This document shows, piece after piece, positions 7,257-10,905 of a stretch of 10,905 nucleotides of DNA. The notes below the pieces were generated by a model. That model was not told where the DNA came from. It worked only from the letters and a program-made list of their open reading frames with translations, and made no database searches. Source of the stretch: an uncultured archaeon (GTDB lineage Archaea > Asgardarchaeota > Lokiarchaeia > Sigyniarchaeales > Promethearchaeaceae); contig CAYRPF010000008.1 of the NCBI GenBank assembly GCA_964426185.1, positions 50,492 to 61,396 on the forward strand, written 5' to 3'. The translations under genes were made by a program, and so were the position numbers. Positions within the stretch are counted from its first letter, which is position 1. The number at the start of each line of letters is the position of its first letter.

Positions 7257-8315
7257 TTAATCCTTTTTTGCTACATTTTCCATTTCGTAAGGAATAACGC
7301 AACAAGCTGTCAATTTTTCGATTTTAAACGATTCATTTTCTAACCATTGTCGGGTTTTCATGGTAGGTTTCACCATTCGAGACACACCAGCTTGAATTGC
7401 CCATTTTTCTGTATGAAATGCATCATTCCAATAGGGTCGCATGCATCCTAATGAAATTTCTGCATGTGGAAAGAAATAATGCGAAATTAAAATTATTTTA
7501 GCCACTTCCTGGGGTGAAACCAGTGAAAAACGGGAATCCATAACACCTTGTCTTCGTGGTGGGATCATTACAATAAAAACAATTATTTCTGGTTGAAAGC
7601 GATTCAAGTATTTAAGTGCAGTTAATTCACCTTTTATACGACCAAAATTAGCTCCGATTAAAATATGGGGGATGACATTAATTCCATTGTTTAAAAGGGC
7701 TTCAAAGCTATTTTGGTAATCTTCAGGTGAGTGCTTGAGGTGAAAAATATTTGTAATTACTTCTGAATCCAAGTTTAGATCGAAAGATACAGCATCTATC
7801 CCAATTTTTGCTAGTTCTTGGGCTTCTGAAGTAGAAACCAACCCTACGTGAGAGTTTAAGTAGAATTTTTTTCCTTCAGGTGTTTGTTTGAAATCTTGAA
7901 TTACCTGAACGAAATTAGAATAATTCACTTTTCCTTCGGCATCACATCCTCCAGAAAGAAGTGTTCCTACTTTTCCAGATTTGCTTAAATTTGCCAAAAC
8001 CGTTTTCAATTGAGACGAGGTCGCTGCTGGAATCATGGATGATAGATATTTCCGATCACAATGTTCACAATTCAGTGCGCATGCCTTGCCTGTTAATGAA
8101 ATGGAAGGAAATTCCCTTCCGGGAACATAAACTTTAATATTTTTTTCCTTTCTTTTGGGGAGAGAAAATTTTTCATAAACATTCTCAAAAAAAGGATCCC
8201 ATGAATCATCAGATTGAAATTGAAGAAATTTGTATGCATCTTGCCAATTAAAAGTCTTTTTTAGCATCTTTTCCAAAAATTGGTCAAGATTTGAAGAGGT
8301 AGCTTCATAGTTCAT
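7257..8315 (-). CDS. lipS1: Radical SAM lipoyl synthase component LipS1 (COG1856-like)
   Basis: SISLTGKACALNCEHC (CX3CX2C), LLSGGCD, HVG, SFD, IPHILIG, and the LipS1 signatures LGCMRP (GC(M/A)R) and C-terminal ACC. Confidence 0.9.
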   Translation of the reverse strand: MNYEATSSNLDQFLEKMLKKTFNWQDAYKFLQFQSDDSWDPFFENVYEKFSLPKRKEKNIKVYVPGREFPSISLTGKACALNCEHCDRKYLSSMIPAATSSQLKTVLANLSKSGKVGTLLSGGCDAEGKVNYSNFVQVIQDFKQTPEGKKFYLNSHVGLVSTSEAQELAKIGIDAVSFDLNLDSEVITNIFHLKHSPEDYQNSFEALLNNGINVIPHILIGANFGRIKGELTALKYLNRFQPEIIVFIVMIPPRRQGVMDSRFSLVSPQEVAKIILISHYFFPHAEISLGCMRPYWNDAFHTEKWAIQAGVSRMVKPTMKTRQWLENESFKIEKLTACCVIPYEMENVAKKD

Positions 8316-8355
8316 TTTATCATGCCACTGTACCTTTTTTCTTACATATGTTAGT

Positions 8356-9189
8356 TCATGGAAATTTCCGTAACCACTCTAAAGTAGCATATTTCTTTGC
8401 CACTAAACGCGAAACTGCATTAATTTCTTCAGAAGTTAAAGATTTCTCTTCCAATTTCATTTTGAAGATTTGTTCGAAGCTTTTCTGAAAAGCCCCTAAA
8501 AGTGCACTTTCTTGGATGGATTTTGTGGAATTTTCTTTTGAATTTATTGAATTTAAGCCAGTAACCTTGCTTCGGACAGATTGAATCATTTTAGAATGTG
8601 ATACTCCAACTGGTGCTTTTAGAACAGAATACATAAACTCTGGGTCAACATCAAGTAAAATAGTTCCATGCTGTAAAAGTACATCTTTCCGAATAATTTG
8701 GGCGTTTCCCGATAATTTTTTTCCTTGAGAAAGTAGCACTGGGCAATGAATTTTTCCAATGTCAATTGAATATCCCAATTTTTCTAAGCCTTGAGCAAGA
8801 GACTCTAAAACGGCAATGTAACGTTGGGGGACTTTCAAATCATATGTTCGGGGGCTGTTGATATTTTGTGGAATATCTGATAACCGTACGATGATCGAAT
8901 AGGTTATTTCTTTATCAGAATCATGAAGAACTGCACCACCACCGGTAATCCGGCGAACAACTTGAACCCCGTTTGAATTGGCAAAATCCATATCTATTTC
9001 TGCTGAAAGGGATTGATGTTTTCCAATAGTTGCAGTTGTCGGTTCCCATTTGTAAAATCGAAGGGTATTCGGAGATTTGCCTTGAATCACTTCTTCAAGC
9101 AAGATTTCATCGATGGCCATATTCCGATATCCATCCGCGGTGGAAAAAGGAATTAGCCGCCATTTTGGAATCTTTTCATTTTCACCCAT
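8356..9189 (-). CDS. Lipoate-protein ligase/octanoyltransferase family protein (BPL_LplA_LipB catalytic domain only, LipM-sized)
   Basis: WRLI, NMAIDE, TLRFYKW, IGKHQ, VVRRITGGGAVLHD, ITYS, GKKLSGNAQ, LQHGTILL, KYATLEW. 277 aa with no LplA C-terminal (LplB) domain. Confidence 0.93.
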   Translation of the reverse strand: MGENEKIPKWRLIPFSTADGYRNMAIDEILLEEVIQGKSPNTLRFYKWEPTTATIGKHQSLSAEIDMDFANSNGVQVVRRITGGGAVLHDSDKEITYSIIVRLSDIPQNINSPRTYDLKVPQRYIAVLESLAQGLEKLGYSIDIGKIHCPVLLSQGKKLSGNAQIIRKDVLLQHGTILLDVDPEFMYSVLKAPVGVSHSKMIQSVRSKVTGLNSINSKENSTKSIQESALLGAFQKSFEQIFKMKLEEKSLTSEEINAVSRLVAKKYATLEWLRKFP

Positions 9190-10225
9190 TTTGAGTAACC
9201 TCCAAAGCTGGAGTTGAAATTAAAGATTGTAACTCTGAATATATTAAATCTTTTTCAGAAGTTAGAAGTTTCCGGGGAAAACCGCTCGGTTCCTTCCCTG
9301 GTCTTGAAGTATAGTATGGACGATTGCAACCAGGACAACCAGCGGTATAAAAAGCAATTTCCTTTTCGATAATTCTGTTTAAATCTTTGGCAGTGAAATC
9401 TCTAATCCTGGTCAGAATACCGGTATCGGAAAATTGAAATTGATGTAACGGAATATGTTCGAATAATAACAAGTATCTTGCTAACTGAATTCGTCGAAAT
9501 GAATTTATGGATGGACGTGGATGATGCTCCATGGGGGTATGCTGGACGGGTGTAAACATGAAAATTCCAGGTTGTATCTTCTTTTCAACCATCTGTGCAA
9601 TATATCTAATTAATTCCTCTTCCGTTTCACCCAATCCTACTATAAAATGTGTGGTTACATGATAAGCTCCGAAGATTTCCAAGGCGTCATCAATTGCTTG
9701 AAGGTGAGATTGCCATTGATAAGGACCAATATGAGAAGGATTCTTGATTTTTTCGAATAAAGAAGGGGTACACGCATCTAGTGCAATCCCAATCCTATCA
9801 AGACCAGATTCTCGTAATTTGCGTAATTTACTTTTGGATATGGGAGGAATAGCCGTTGATATTGCTGTTTTCGGGTTTTGATGATGAATAATTTTTATAA
9901 TTTCTGCAGCTTCTTCAAAATAACCGGGATAATTCAAAGTTTGGAGACAAATGCGTTGGAAGCGGTTAGGATTATCTGAATTTTGTAATTTTTTTAGAGA
10001 TTCTAAGAAGAGATTCCACTTATAAACTGGCCAATTTATACGTGAGAGTTGTTGTGCGGCATGTGAATGAATGCTGGTGCCTTGCGGACAAAATTGGCAT
10101 TCACCCAGGCAAGATTCCTCGGTATATGTCATTAAATAGCATGTAGTTGGAAACACATCCGTTGTAATGTTTGCTAATCCTAAAACAGCAGCGCTTCCTA
10201 TTGATATACGAATTTTTTCGATCAC
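9182..10225 (-). CDS. lipS2: Radical SAM lipoyl synthase component LipS2 (COG2516-like, biotin-synthase-related)
   Basis: IRISIGSAAVLGL, CLGECQFCPQ (CX3CX2C), LSRINWP, RICLQ, HFIVGLGETE, and the LipS2 signature TAGCPGCNRP (TXGCPXC(N/D)RP). Preferred start is GTG 10225, the longest ORF starts at 10351. Confidence 0.9.
   Translation of the reverse strand: MIEKIRISIGSAAVLGLANITTDVFPTTCYLMTYTEESCLGECQFCPQGTSIHSHAAQQLSRINWPVYKWNLFLESLKKLQNSDNPNRFQRICLQTLNYPGYFEEAAEIIKIIHHQNPKTAISTAIPPISKSKLRKLRESGLDRIGIALDACTPSLFEKIKNPSHIGPYQWQSHLQAIDDALEIFGAYHVTTHFIVGLGETEEELIRYIAQMVEKKIQPGIFMFTPVQHTPMEHHPRPSINSFRRIQLARYLLLFEHIPLHQFQFSDTGILTRIRDFTAKDLNRIIEKEIAFYTAGCPGCNRPYYTSRPGKEPSGFPRKLLTSEKDLIYSELQSLISTPALEVTQNG
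9198..9203 (-). promoter_or_regulatory. Shine-Dalgarno GGAGGT for the ligase/transferase gene, embedded in the lipS2 3' end
   Basis: GGAGGT 8 nt before ATG 9189. The genes overlap by 8 nt (ATGGGTGA). Confidence 0.7.
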
Positions 10226-10376
10226 AATGGTTCGTTCCTTATTTTTTCTCTTGATGTAGAAATCCTTTCGCAAGATTTTTAGCCATGAAGTCCCATAGAA
10301 ATATAAGGTATTCATTAATTCCAATGTTAATGGGAATAAAGGGTTTTTCATTATAACAAAAAAAGTGGGAGTTTAA

Positions 10377-10826
10377 ATGGAGACAAAACATGAAGTAGAA
10401 TTGTCAAACGGGGTCAAAATTTGCGCAGAAGCTGATAAACTTGACAAGTGCTATCAAGAATTTATCGATGCTTATATTAAACCATATTATAAAGAAAGTA
10501 ATGACTGGAATAAAACACTTAAAAGAAGCATAAAAGAAATTGAGCGATTATCAAACATCTTGCAATTATCAAGAAAAAAAGTCATTCAAGGTTTGCTTGA
10601 AAGTCTTGAAAATCGATTACATACAGACATTGCGGACTTGAATGGTGTTGATAAAATAGAAATTCTTTTTGAATCAATCGATGATTATGTAGAAACCATT
10701 CAAAAATTAGTTCAAGAAGAGTCGAACCCAGAGGAAATACGCTTAAATGTATCCGAATTGGTTGAGAATTTGAACCTTTTCGAAATAGCGGAGTTATTAA
10801 TTCATTTCGCTAAAAAAAGTGCTTAA
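10377..10826 (+). CDS. Hypothetical alpha-helical protein, 149 aa
   Basis: Clean ORF with GGGAG upstream and amphipathic helical composition. No motif recognised. Confidence 0.8.
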   Translation: METKHEVELSNGVKICAEADKLDKCYQEFIDAYIKPYYKESNDWNKTLKRSIKEIERLSNILQLSRKKVIQGLLESLENRLHTDIADLNGVDKIEILFESIDDYVETIQKLVQEESNPEEIRLNVSELVENLNLFEIAELLIHFAKKSA

Positions 10827-10838
10827 ATTGAAATTAAC

Positions 10839-10878
10839 AAAAAAAGAAGAAAACCCCCCGCTATTTTTTCTTTTCTTT
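10839..10878. terminator. Oligo-T tracts on both strands between convergent genes
   Basis: Minus strand TTTTCTTCTTTTTTT (10853-10839), plus strand TTTTTTCTTTTCTTT (10864-10878). Confidence 0.45.
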
Positions 10879-10905
10879 CCCGATTTTGTCAAAATCTAAT
10901 TCTTC
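10861..10905 (-). CDS. Probable 3' end of a convergent gene entering from the right edge (...EELDFDKIGKEKKK*)
   Basis: 15 codons ending in TAG at 10863-10861, protein-like charged tail, followed closely by an oligo-T tract. Too short to identify. Confidence 0.45.
   Translation of the reverse strand, partial: EELDFDKIGKEKKK

Noticed and set aside
7105-7305. 66-aa minus-strand ORF
   Set aside because: Overlaps the lipS1 end out of frame and runs through homopolymer-rich terminator-like sequence. K/F/I-biased composition typical of spurious AT-rich ORFs.
7257-10351. Annotation of the radical SAM genes as biotin synthase BioB or classical LipA
   Set aside because: No LipA CX4CX5C motif. The LipS1/LipS2-specific Cys motifs are present and a lipoate ligase-family gene sits between them.
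10882-10896. Inverted repeat GATTTTG-T-CAAAATC
   Set aside because: Short, at the window edge and probably inside the coding tail of the convergent gene, so no function can be supported.
1-10905. CRISPR array, tRNA/rRNA, selenocysteine or frameshift recoding
   Set aside because: No spaced direct repeats, no GC-rich structured intergenic segments, and all recognised domains are complete without needing read-through.

Overview
AT-rich, gene-dense prokaryotic window with archaeal features (LipS1/LipS2 lipoyl synthase, stand-alone Mut7-C, oligo-T terminators, TATA-like boxes). An Asgard/Lokiarchaeia-like origin is plausible but is only an inference. It holds two functional blocks. (1) Bases 1-5181 form a nuclease/RNA-handling neighbourhood: two tandem DnaQ/DEDD 3'-5' exonucleases on the minus strand (the first, 1..694, is absent from the ORF track because it runs off the edge), a divergent Mut7-C (PIN + Zn ribbon) RNase behind a 138-bp spacer with two perfect palindromes, a 136-aa protein whose N-terminus resembles a Myb/SANT trihelix domain, and a convergent Tex (Spt6/SRBD1-related) gene. 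(2) Bases 5245-10351 (minus strand) carry a lipS2 - lipoate ligase/octanoyltransferase - lipS1 operon followed by an acyl-CoA synthetase. The middle enzyme lacks both the LplA C-terminal domain and the ligase 'ND' motif, and has its only Cys next to the catalytic Lys. This suggests a LipM-like thioester transferase, possibly fed by acyl-CoA rather than ACP. A helical hypothetical gene and the probable 3' end of a convergent gene close the window. I see no rRNA, tRNA, CRISPR array or mobile element.
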